Assembly (NCBI GenBank): GCA_041736175.1
Contig: JBGSUI010000075.1
Location: 1 to 64,000, forward strand
Direction: 5' to 3'
From: Oligoflexales bacterium
Lineage (GTDB): Bacteria > Bdellovibrionota_B > Oligoflexia > Oligoflexales > CAIYRB01
Length of the DNA: 64,000 nt
Part shown: in pieces, positions 8,989 to 19,574 of the stretch
Position numbering within the stretch: the stretch's first letter is position 1
How the letters are laid out: every line of letters begins with the position of its first letter
Translations under genes and position numbers: made by a program
Notes under the pieces: model-generated
The model's input: only the letters and a program-made list of their open reading frames with translations
Database searches by the model: none
Told to the model about the DNA's origin: nothing

Positions 8989-11900
8989 GCATGAACGTCT
9001 TTACGCCTCAATTGCCTGATTTTGTTGATCGCTTTTGTCCTTATCTGTTCGACCGCACTAAAGAGACAAGGGACCACGACTAAGGTTAGAAAGGTCGACA
9101 TCAAGAGACCACCTATCACGGCGACACCCATCGGCGACCGGGCCTCACCGCCGACCCCATGACCGATGGCGATGGGAATCATGCCCCCACCAGCCGCTAG
9201 AGTCGTCATAAGGATCGGCCTTAGCCTGATAGGCCCTGCCTCCATAAGGGCGGCATCTGGACTAAGACCTTCCTGCATTTTAGACATTGTAAAGTCGATA
9301 AGGAGAATGCCGTTTTTTGTCACGATACCCATCAACAAAATAATACCGATCATCGTGTAGATGGACATCACTTGACCGCTAATAAGGAGAGCCCCAAAAG
9401 CTCCGGTAAAGCTTAAAGGTAAAGCGGCCATAATCACCAGAGGTGCCAGGTAACGCTCATACTGAGCACATAAGATCATATAGACCAAGAGGATCGCCAA
9501 GGCCAAAGCCTTGAGCATTGATGCAAAAGAATCGCGCATGATTTCGGCTTGTCCCGCTAGGGACATGGAGATGGTCCCCGGAATATTTTGGTCAACATAA
9601 CCCTGAATCTTTGCCATCGCGGCGCTTAGGTCTTTGTTTTTATAGTTGGCAAAAACAGTGATCTGTCGCTGGCCGTCCACCCTTTCGATCACGGAGGGCG
9701 CATCGGCCGCCACGACCGAGGCGATTGAGCCTAGGGTGATCTGTTGTCCTTTTGGACTCACTAAGGTGACTGCTTCCAGATCTTGGGCTGTTAAACGATC
9801 GCTATCTGCGATGCGCATTCTCACGTCATAGGTTGAGCCTCGATCCTCTATCTCCGAGATCTTATTACCCTCATAAAGAGCCCTTACAGTACTGCCGATT
9901 TGCGCTGCCGTAAAGCCTAGGTCAGCGGCCCGTACCGTATCGACTTCGATCCGGTATTCCCTTTGGAATTTTGGTCGGGACGTGCTGACTTCTGCTGCTC
10001 CCGAGATCTGGTCTTTGATAAACTGAGAGACTTGGTCTGAAAATTGGACCAATTTTTCCCAATCATCCGATTTAAAGACCAACTGGATAGCTTCAGACCG
10101 ACCTCCCCCTGCACCATCGGCTTCCTGAATACTCACTTCAGAGCCATCTTTAGTAAACTTAGGAAACAGCTCAGCTCGAAACCGGTCCGCCAATTGAAAC
10201 TGTGAATAATCTCTTTTTGATTTATCCACCAAAATGATATCGAAACGTATCTTATTGGGTTTTCTCTCTCGGGTGGCCGCTATTGCTGTTACGACTTTTT
10301 CGACACCTGCATACTCCCGGATGGCTGCCGAAAATTCTTGTGATTTCAACTTGGCCACCGGCAGCGATGATCCCTCGGGGAGGGTATAGGTGATGGCAAA
10401 CTGGGAACGGTCTTCTTTGGGAAAAAACGCCTTTGGCACCAATTGGAGCAGCAGCACGCTGACCACTAGGGAAACCACACCCCCAATCAGAGTCACAGCT
10501 CTATGGGAAAGACACCAACTCAACGTCTTTTTATAACTGGTTTCGATGGCGACAAGGCCCCGTTCAATTTTATCAGATAACCTTCCAAGCCAGGATGTGG
10601 GATGCTCCTGGTGGGTTTCTCCCTGGGGATGGGCTTTGAGGAGTCGGGACGCCATCATGGGTGTCAAAGTAAACGCCACAAAAAGTGAGATCAGTACGGC
10701 AAAGGCCACGGTAAGTCCAAACTCATAGAAAAACCTGCCAATAATCCCTTCCATAAAAGCCACTGGCACAAACACTGCGCAAATCGTCAGGGTCGTCGCA
10801 AAAACCGCTAGTCCAATCTCTGCCGTTGCATCTTTAGCTGCCTGGACGCCGGTTTTATTCATAGCGAGATGGCGGTGGATGTTTTCGATGACGATGATGG
10901 CGTCATCAATCAAAATTCCGATAGACAGTGATAACCCAAGAGTTGACATGACGTTGAGGGTAAATCCCATACCATCCATAAAGGCAAAGGTGGCGATCAC
11001 CGAAGTGGGTAAGGCCACAGCACTGATCAGCGTGATTTTCAAGTCTCTTAGAAACACCAATACGATAAGGGTGGCAAGGACTGCTCCTAATACCAGATCC
11101 AATTTCACAGCATCGATCGCTCCTTTGATATACTTGGAGTTATCGGTCACAATCTCCAGCCTAATATCAGCTGGCAAACTCGACTGCAACTTGGTCACAA
11201 CTTTGCGCGCTTCATCGGCCACGGATGTGGTGTTAGCACCCGCTTGTTTTTGGAGACTTAAGAGGATCGTTGGACTGCTGCCATCAAAGGAAGCCGTCAA
11301 TTCTTCTGCAATTTTATCCTGCACCTCAGCCACATCGCTGATTTTAAGATTGGGATTGTTGGGTGCAAGAACTGGCAATCGCCCAATCTCTTCTCCAGAG
11401 ACGAGTCTGCCCTTGACCCTAAGACTGCTAAAGGTCTTGTCATCCTGGATTTTCCCTGCCGGGAGATCAAGGTTTTGCAACCTGATGGACTGGGCGACAT
11501 CTTGTGGGGTCAGCCCAAAGCTTGCCAGGCGCTCTCGATTGACGTAGACCTGAACCTCTCTCTCCCTAATTCCAGCAGCGTTTACGGTTGCGACTCCTTT
11601 GACCCGTTCGAGGGCAGGCTGGATCGTGTCGGTGACCATCCGAGAGAGGTCACCATAGCTGACCTTATCACTTGATACCGTGAGGTTGATAATCGGCGCC
11701 CCACCGATATCAAGCTTTTGGACCAGAGGGGTTTCGGCCTCTGGTGGCAACAGGGAGACAGCTGCAAAGACCTTATCTCGCACTTCCTGGGCAGCCTGAT
11801 CACCATCTTTTTCCAAGTCAAACTGCAGGACCATCTGGGCCACTGACTGGACCGCATTTGATGACAGACGTTTAAGCCCGCCGACTCCGTTAACGGATCG

Positions 11901-12104
11901 CTCGAGGGGGTCCAGGATCCTTTGCTCCACCGAAGCTGGATCCGCTCCTGGATAAATAACAGTCACCGTGATCACTGGAAAGTCTACTTTGGGAAACTGA
12001 TCGATGGCGATACGAGGTAAAGAAAAGAGGCCAAAGACGATAAGTATAAGATTTAAAATCGTCGCAAAGACTGGTCTTTTAATGGAAACATCAGATAATA
12101 TCAT
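8985..12104 (-). CDS. RND efflux inner-membrane permease (AcrB/MdtC family)
   Basis: 1039 aa; SIKRPVFA, GILIDDAIIVIENI, KNGILLIDF, RLRPILMTT. Confidence 0.96.
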   Translation of the reverse strand: MILSDVSIKRPVFATILNLILIVFGLFSLPRIAIDQFPKVDFPVITVTVIYPGADPASVEQRILDPLERSVNGVGGLKRLSSNAVQSVAQMVLQFDLEKDGDQAAQEVRDKVFAAVSLLPPEAETPLVQKLDIGGAPIINLTVSSDKVSYGDLSRMVTDTIQPALERVKGVATVNAAGIREREVQVYVNRERLASFGLTPQDVAQSIRLQNLDLPAGKIQDDKTFSSLRVKGRLVSGEEIGRLPVLAPNNPNLKISDVAEVQDKIAEELTASFDGSSPTILLSLQKQAGANTTSVADEARKVVTKLQSSLPADIRLEIVTDNSKYIKGAIDAVKLDLVLGAVLATLIVLVFLRDLKITLISAVALPTSVIATFAFMDGMGFTLNVMSTLGLSLSIGILIDDAIIVIENIHRHLAMNKTGVQAAKDATAEIGLAVFATTLTICAVFVPVAFMEGIIGRFFYEFGLTVAFAVLISLFVAFTLTPMMASRLLKAHPQGETHQEHPTSWLGRLSDKIERGLVAIETSYKKTLSWCLSHRAVTLIGGVVSLVVSVLLLQLVPKAFFPKEDRSQFAITYTLPEGSSLPVAKLKSQEFSAAIREYAGVEKVVTAIAATRERKPNKIRFDIILVDKSKRDYSQFQLADRFRAELFPKFTKDGSEVSIQEADGAGGGRSEAIQLVFKSDDWEKLVQFSDQVSQFIKDQISGAAEVSTSRPKFQREYRIEVDTVRAADLGFTAAQIGSTVRALYEGNKISEIEDRGSTYDVRMRIADSDRLTAQDLEAVTLVSPKGQQITLGSIASVVAADAPSVIERVDGQRQITVFANYKNKDLSAAMAKIQGYVDQNIPGTISMSLAGQAEIMRDSFASMLKALALAILLVYMILCAQYERYLAPLVIMAALPLSFTGAFGALLISGQVMSIYTMIGIILLMGIVTKNGILLIDFTMSKMQEGLSPDAALMEAGPIRLRPILMTTLAAGGGMIPIAIGHGVGGEARSPMGVAVIGGLLMSTFLTLVVVPCLFSAVEQIRTKAINKIRQLRRKDVHA

Positions 12105-12121
12105 GATACTTCACTTCCTTA

Positions 12122-12943
12122 TTATTTCGAACGCACGAGTTTTTTGATTGTTCCTTCAGCATAGAGACCCGGTACAAGATTTGAATCGCTTTTTTTGAAA
12201 TGGGCAGTCAGGCTAAAGGTCCTGGTCTTTTCGTTGACGATTGAGACTATGCGAACGATTTGAGCCGCCCCGACATATCCCGCAGATGGTACCTTGACCG
12301 AAATTTCCTCGCCGATTTTTAGCTGCCCTAAAAGCCTTTCCGGAGCTCTAAGGGTGATCTCAGGATTGACCACATCAAAAACCTCGAAAGCACCTGTGCC
12401 CGACTGGACGGTTTCGCCCTCAAATTTAAGCTGTGTTGCCACCACACAGTCATAGGGAGCTGTTAGTTTAGAGTCTTTAAAGGAATTTTCCGCTGCTTTA
12501 AGATCTAAATCAGCCAACTGTAGTGCAACCTTTGCCTGCTCCTGGGCGGATTTGATGCGATCATAGCTGGACTCTGTCGAAGCATTTTCTTGTTTAAGGG
12601 CAATCTCCCGCTGCAGTTCTTTGTCGGCACTATCCAATGCAATCTTCGCCTGGACCCTTCGGGTCCTAGCAAGATCTAGCTTAAGTTTAAAATCCCTCTG
12701 ATCCAGAGTCGCCAACACAACTCCTTTTTTGATGGCATCGCCGGGTTTTGCGTTTATCGACTCGATAAATCCACCTACTTTAAAGGCTAGCTGAGATTTA
12801 CGGGTTGCGGCGACCTCACCCACGAGACGGTATTCGGTCTCTGTATCTGCAACCATTGAGGGCGGGTTCCCGTCCGCTGCTAAAGACACCGTAGAAAAGT
12901 GAGTTGCTAACAAGACTATCAGCGAGGGTTGAAAGAACTTCAT
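12122..12943 (-). CDS. RND periplasmic adaptor (MFP)
   Basis: Signal peptide, lipoyl half-motifs FKVGGFIESINAKPGD and LTAPYDCVV, helical hairpin, LVPGLY. Confidence 0.92.
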   Translation of the reverse strand: MKFFQPSLIVLLATHFSTVSLAADGNPPSMVADTETEYRLVGEVAATRKSQLAFKVGGFIESINAKPGDAIKKGVVLATLDQRDFKLKLDLARTRRVQAKIALDSADKELQREIALKQENASTESSYDRIKSAQEQAKVALQLADLDLKAAENSFKDSKLTAPYDCVVATQLKFEGETVQSGTGAFEVFDVVNPEITLRAPERLLGQLKIGEEISVKVPSAGYVGAAQIVRIVSIVNEKTRTFSLTAHFKKSDSNLVPGLYAEGTIKKLVRSK

Positions 12944-12974
12944 AATACGCTCCTATATTTAAATTCCTGATAAA

Positions 12975-14327
12975 TTAGTTTATTTTTGGCTGATCCTGAC
13001 CCATGGATTTTTGCAATTTAAAGTAACCATTGATCAGATCTACCTGAGCAGTGATCCACCGCCCCCTGGCTTGGGCCTGTGAGTTTTCTGCGAGGATGAG
13101 ATCCGTAGCAGACCTGGATCCGGTTTTAAATCGTACCGATTCAATTCGATAGGCTTCCTCAGCCTGCTTTACAGCGATGGCCGCTTGGCCTAAGGCCACT
13201 TTATTTGATTGATAGCTGTTTAAAGTATTATGAACTTCTATCAAAGCCCTTCGATCCATTGCTTTTGCAGCCTCTTCGGCTTTGACGATTTGGTCGGCTG
13301 CCTCCCTCAAGGCATACACATGGGAACCGTTATTCCAGACATCCCAAGTCAAGTTAACACCATAAGACCTGACGATGGTGTCCGGAAATGCCGCATAGGT
13401 ATCGCCAAAATTTCTTTCTGCCTTTACAAAGAGGTTGACCTGTGGAGAAAACTGCGAATAAGCTAGGCTTTTGCCGAATCCTGCCAGTTCGACTCCCTGT
13501 CGGCTTATTTTAGTGTCAAGACGCCTCTCGGTAGCCGATTTTATTGCATCCTGAAGTGAAATCTGCTTGTCAAATAATTCTGGGAGTTCTCCAGCCAAAC
13601 TAATTTGGGTTTCTGGTTCAAAATCTAGAATCTCCTTAAATTGGGCTATGGCCGATGCTAGCGCGTTTCCCGTTTGGATTTCCCGCAGCCTGGCTTCTGA
13701 GACCGCTAACTCAAGTTTTAAAACATCTCCCCGGTTAAGACGCCCTACCCGCTCCAGGGACTGGGCGTCCCTAAGCTGTAGTTCCACGGCTTTTACGGAG
13801 CTTTTAGCTATTTGGTGATGTTTTTCAAGCTGGTATGTTTGGAGCCATAGTTCCGCTGCGACAAAGGCTCCTTCGCTTTTGGCCAGTATGTAAGTATCTC
13901 GCTTGATATCGAGCTGGGTCTCTTCGAACAAGGCTTTTTTGGCCAATGCTCCCAATCCGGTGACAGGTTGGAAAATCGTCATGGACCCCATTTTTATGAC
14001 TTCAGGCCGGGTGACTTGTTTCCCGGTGGCTGTTGGTATAGCCATTTCTCTTTCGTACTGTGCAAGGTTGTAATCAAGTTTAACCCTAGGACCCAAGTCT
14101 GTCCAAGACCCCGTGGTTTTTTCTTCCTGAGCATTGCGGTCTGCTCTTGCCATCTTAGCTTTGGCATAGGTTTCCTGAGCTCGGCTGATGGCTTGTGCCA
14201 GGGTGATCCCTGGGCCAGAGCTCCCTGTTGCCACCTGTGCTTTAACTTGGATACCAGGTCCTAGCAGGCCTAAGGCCCCTAGTAAAATCATGGTTCCCGA
14301 TTTTAAATTTTGTCGCCATTGAGTCAT
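12975..14327 (-). CDS. TolC-family outer membrane factor
   Basis: Signal peptide, ITLAQAISRA, RFKTGSRSATDLILAE; in operon with MFP and RND. Confidence 0.9.
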   Translation of the reverse strand: MTQWRQNLKSGTMILLGALGLLGPGIQVKAQVATGSSGPGITLAQAISRAQETYAKAKMARADRNAQEEKTTGSWTDLGPRVKLDYNLAQYEREMAIPTATGKQVTRPEVIKMGSMTIFQPVTGLGALAKKALFEETQLDIKRDTYILAKSEGAFVAAELWLQTYQLEKHHQIAKSSVKAVELQLRDAQSLERVGRLNRGDVLKLELAVSEARLREIQTGNALASAIAQFKEILDFEPETQISLAGELPELFDKQISLQDAIKSATERRLDTKISRQGVELAGFGKSLAYSQFSPQVNLFVKAERNFGDTYAAFPDTIVRSYGVNLTWDVWNNGSHVYALREAADQIVKAEEAAKAMDRRALIEVHNTLNSYQSNKVALGQAAIAVKQAEEAYRIESVRFKTGSRSATDLILAENSQAQARGRWITAQVDLINGYFKLQKSMGQDQPKIN

Positions 14328-15124
14328 AACCCCCCCTTTTTCTTTCCACCAAGACTCCCGCTCGAGACCTCATGACTCTCGGGGTTTCCTTGGTCAATGA
14401 ATCTGTTAATCTGGATGTCTAGGTTATCTTTGTTGTAAAATTTTTTGATTGCAGTTTCCTTAAAACCGACCCCCCGCAAGATGAAAAGCATCGTCTTGTC
14501 CAAGAGGTCTTCTGGTTTTTCTGGGTAATCAGCAGGATGTTTTTCGCCGATCTGATTGAGATAGACCATGGTGACAAGGTGGATTGCAAACCAAAACCGA
14601 AGCCTTGCCTCCGCCAAATCCCCGTTTATCTGTGAGCTGGGCACAAGGTCTCCAGATTTTTCGGCGACCACCAGGGATTCGCTAATCAGTTGGGATATTC
14701 CCTTTAATCTCCGCTCATAAAGCAAGTTGGCAAAGATACGATCTCCAATCAAACTCTGCACCATCAGTCGTGGAAAGAGGGGATCAAACTGGCTTTCATG
14801 GGATTTTTTGATCGATAGGCTTGTAAAAAGATAGAGGTAGCAGACAAGTGATTCTGTCGAAGGTCTTGCAGCGGCAATCGCCGCGTCAAGAGCCGGTATC
14901 TTTTTACACAGGCGGTCTTGGACCGCACCAAAAAGGTCTTCCTTACTTGCAAAATGTTGGTATAGCAGAGCTTCTGATATTGCAGCCGCACGGGCAAGGT
15001 CGCGGGTGGTCACCTGATCCAAACTTTTTTGTAGAAAAAGAGGCATCACTGCGTTGAGGATTGCCTCTCGCCGGGCTTCCTGGGAAAGCCTGATTTTTGG
15101 TGGCTTATTATTTTTCTCACCCAT
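14324..15124 (-). CDS. TetR/AcrR family regulator
   Basis: HTH RREAILNAVMPLF...TTRDLARAAAISEALLYQHFASKEDL; ATGA overlap with tolC; start likely ATG 15124 rather than 15187. Confidence 0.92.
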   Translation of the reverse strand: MGEKNNKPPKIRLSQEARREAILNAVMPLFLQKSLDQVTTRDLARAAAISEALLYQHFASKEDLFGAVQDRLCKKIPALDAAIAAARPSTESLVCYLYLFTSLSIKKSHESQFDPLFPRLMVQSLIGDRIFANLLYERRLKGISQLISESLVVAEKSGDLVPSSQINGDLAEARLRFWFAIHLVTMVYLNQIGEKHPADYPEKPEDLLDKTMLFILRGVGFKETAIKKFYNKDNLDIQINRFIDQGNPESHEVSSGSLGGKKKGGL

Positions 15125-15148
15125 ACCAACAACCTTAACCCCTTGATT

Positions 15149-15165
15149 GTCATTATAATAATGAC
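15149..15165. promoter_or_regulatory. Perfect 8-1-8 palindrome, possible regulator site
   Basis: GTCATTAT-A-ATAATGAC in the tetR leader. Confidence 0.45.
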
Positions 15166-15199
15166 TTTTTTGTGGTATGAAATGCAAACCTACTTTTTA

Positions 15200-15254
15200 G
15201 TAAGTAAGCATTCACTTACCTTTCAAGATTAAGGTCAAAATGAGTTTGTGTCAA
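15200..15254 (-). promoter_or_regulatory. Sigma70 promoter of the efflux operon with TetR-type operator at the start site
   Basis: Minus strand TTGACA(15254-15249)-N17-TAATCT(15231-15226); imperfect palindrome GTAAGTAAGCATTCACTTAC at 15200-15219. Confidence 0.65.
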
Positions 15255-15322
15255 GACAACAATTTTGACGGATCTGGTGATTTCACGTATGTATAGGAGC
15301 CGCTTTTTTTTAAAGGAGTCTT

Positions 15323-17393
<2,071 letters not shown>

Positions 17394-17411
17394 GACTCAC
17401 TCAACGGCTGC

Positions 17412-18926
17412 CTACGGTGTGCTCCTTCGCCTCACCCAGCCGTCCCGAACAATCGCTAGCATCGCCCCAAAAAAGAGGCCCATCATCAAACCAACGAGCA
17501 CCACGACTTCGGCGCGGGTACCAACAACTCTTTCAAATTGTGGTGGCGCTACTTTAATCAGTTCGACTTTTTGAATAGCCTGCTTCATTTTTTCGATATT
17601 CAAAAGATCCGCCTGAATCAGAGGTATTTCTTTGATGTTTTGTTCCACAAGATTTTTGTTAGCAAACTGATTTTTAAGAGCCTTAAGCTCTGGGTCTTTA
17701 TCAATATACTCCAACTGGGCTTTAAGTGCAGGTAGCCCGTCTATAAATGCCGAGCTAGCAGCCCGCGACTTCAAAACCTCAAACTTGGCGTTTTTACTGA
17801 TAAGGGTCAAGCCATTTTCCAGGTCTCTGATTTCTGGGACAAACAGAGCAGGATTTTGCAGTTTTTTAAGCTGCTCTAGTTCCAGCGCCAGAGCCTTTTT
17901 TCCACGCAGGTAAAGTGGTTGATTCACCAGTTTTTCAGTGAGCCCTTGTTGATCAACATTTTCAGTATTTTGACTCTTTAGATAGGGAGCTTTGGCGATA
18001 CTTGTGTTTTCTTGAATATCGAGTTTTTCAGCCATGGCGATCGCGTCTTGGTAGAGTAGCACAAGCTCCTGCTGTTTGGATGCGGCGACATTTCGCAAGG
18101 CTTTTAACTTTTGCTCGATCTCAATTCGTTCTATCGCTCGCTCTTCACTCAATTTTAATAAACTCTGTTGGAGGGATAAATTCGCTTCCATTTCAAGAGA
18201 TTTGATTTTGTGTTGGATTTCAGCTTTAGTGGACTCTATTTCCTGCTCTTTTGCTTTAATCCGATTTTCAAGCCCCTCGACCGATTGAACCTTAAGCCTA
18301 GCAATGGCTTCGAGATCGAATTCTCTACGATCGGAGAGCTTTTGGGCCACTTCAAGTCCTAAAGCCGCCTTTGACTGGGACAATAACTCGGTAAACCGTT
18401 GCGTCATGACTTCAGGATTTTTGCCCTTAATGTCATACAAAGAAGACTGTACCTTAGTCGGTTCCCCAAGGGTCTGGAGATCCACAAGGATCTGGCCACT
18501 GGATTTAAATTCGGGGGTTCCAGCCTTTTTACGGAGGACATCCAGTATAAAAGCGTTATTGATAACTGCCAGCTCGGGGATAAGAACACCATCAGATTCA
18601 CCCACGCCGATTCTAGGCAAGGTATAATGTCGCTGGATCCCCTCACTAGGGAGTTCGATGGGTACCTGGGCAGTGTAGGTGACGGGTCGCATGAAAGCCA
18701 CTCCCACTCCTATGGCCGTCGCCAGTGCTGTTGTGACCACAACCCAAGGCCATTGCCGCTTAAGGGCAAAAAGGATGTCATAAAGGTCGATTTCATCCGA
18801 ATCGCACCGCCCCATTTCCTGCCCATAGGGGGTTCGAGGGGCTCGGGACCCTACAAGAGTCTGGGGGTTAGCCACGACAGGCACCTGATCGGAGTGGTCA
18901 TTCATAGATTCAGCCTTTGGCTTCAT
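17412..18926 (-). CDS. Wzz/FepE-like polysaccharide co-polymerase with long periplasmic coiled coil
   Basis: DEIDLYDILFAL then TM1, PLYLRGKKAL motif, C-terminal TM with GLMMGLFFG; SD GGAGG before ATG 18926. Confidence 0.8.
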   Translation of the reverse strand: MKPKAESMNDHSDQVPVVANPQTLVGSRAPRTPYGQEMGRCDSDEIDLYDILFALKRQWPWVVVTTALATAIGVGVAFMRPVTYTAQVPIELPSEGIQRHYTLPRIGVGESDGVLIPELAVINNAFILDVLRKKAGTPEFKSSGQILVDLQTLGEPTKVQSSLYDIKGKNPEVMTQRFTELLSQSKAALGLEVAQKLSDRREFDLEAIARLKVQSVEGLENRIKAKEQEIESTKAEIQHKIKSLEMEANLSLQQSLLKLSEERAIERIEIEQKLKALRNVAASKQQELVLLYQDAIAMAEKLDIQENTSIAKAPYLKSQNTENVDQQGLTEKLVNQPLYLRGKKALALELEQLKKLQNPALFVPEIRDLENGLTLISKNAKFEVLKSRAASSAFIDGLPALKAQLEYIDKDPELKALKNQFANKNLVEQNIKEIPLIQADLLNIEKMKQAIQKVELIKVAPPQFERVVGTRAEVVVLVGLMMGLFFGAMLAIVRDGWVRRRSTP

Positions 18927-18966
18927 GGGGTTTAGGCCTCCATCGTAAATGGGGTCCCCCATAGAA

Positions 18967-19548
18967 TCAAGAACCAAATGTAGAAGCCGCTCCTGTTGGG
19001 TCTGTTAAGAAATCTGAGCTTTCAAAAGTCCGCAACATGGAGATTTGACGTTTGAGGTCCTTTATTTCTTGAATGACTTGCAGTTGATTTGGATTCGCCT
19101 CGCCTTTAATTTCCAGCGCATAAAGGAGATCGTTGATCTTATGGTATCTCGCGCCAATCGCTACGAGTTTATGGAGCATCCCAGAAAACTCAATTGGGCT
19201 GAAAGGTTTCATAAGCACGTCGACAGCCCCTAGTCGGGTCGATAGAATCAGATTATCCGGTGTTAAATAACCAGAAACAAATGCAACAGGGATAAAAACG
19301 CCATTTTTATGCAGTCTTTTTAGGAATTCAAGACCATTCATCTTATTCATGACGATATCGGAGACCACAGCTGTAAAACGAAGTTCGCGGGCCTTTTTAA
19401 TGGCCTCATCACCATCGTAACAACTCAAGGTGTCATAGCCTAGGTGGTCGGCGTAGGCCGACATAATCTCACATATATCCTGATCATCATCGACGATTAA
19501 AATCCTATGGTCTTGGGGATTTGGATCTATGAGTGCAGGCCGAGTCAT
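18967..19548 (-). CDS. Response regulator (receiver plus short helical C-terminal tail)
   Basis: ILIVDDD, VSDIVM, FVSG, LMKPF; GGAG SD before ATG 19548. Confidence 0.9.
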   Translation of the reverse strand: MTRPALIDPNPQDHRILIVDDDQDICEIMSAYADHLGYDTLSCYDGDEAIKKARELRFTAVVSDIVMNKMNGLEFLKRLHKNGVFIPVAFVSGYLTPDNLILSTRLGAVDVLMKPFSPIEFSGMLHKLVAIGARYHKINDLLYALEIKGEANPNQLQVIQEIKDLKRQISMLRTFESSDFLTDPTGAASTFGS

Positions 19549-19574
19549 AGGGTCTTCTCCTGATTGCAGGTCAT

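Noticed and set aside
10879..11547. 222-aa + strand ORF and other long antisense ORFs (e.g. 18399-18935, 42672-43292, and the same-strand alternate frame 55369-55929)
   Set aside because: All lie inside well-supported genes and show no motifs or ribosome-binding sites.
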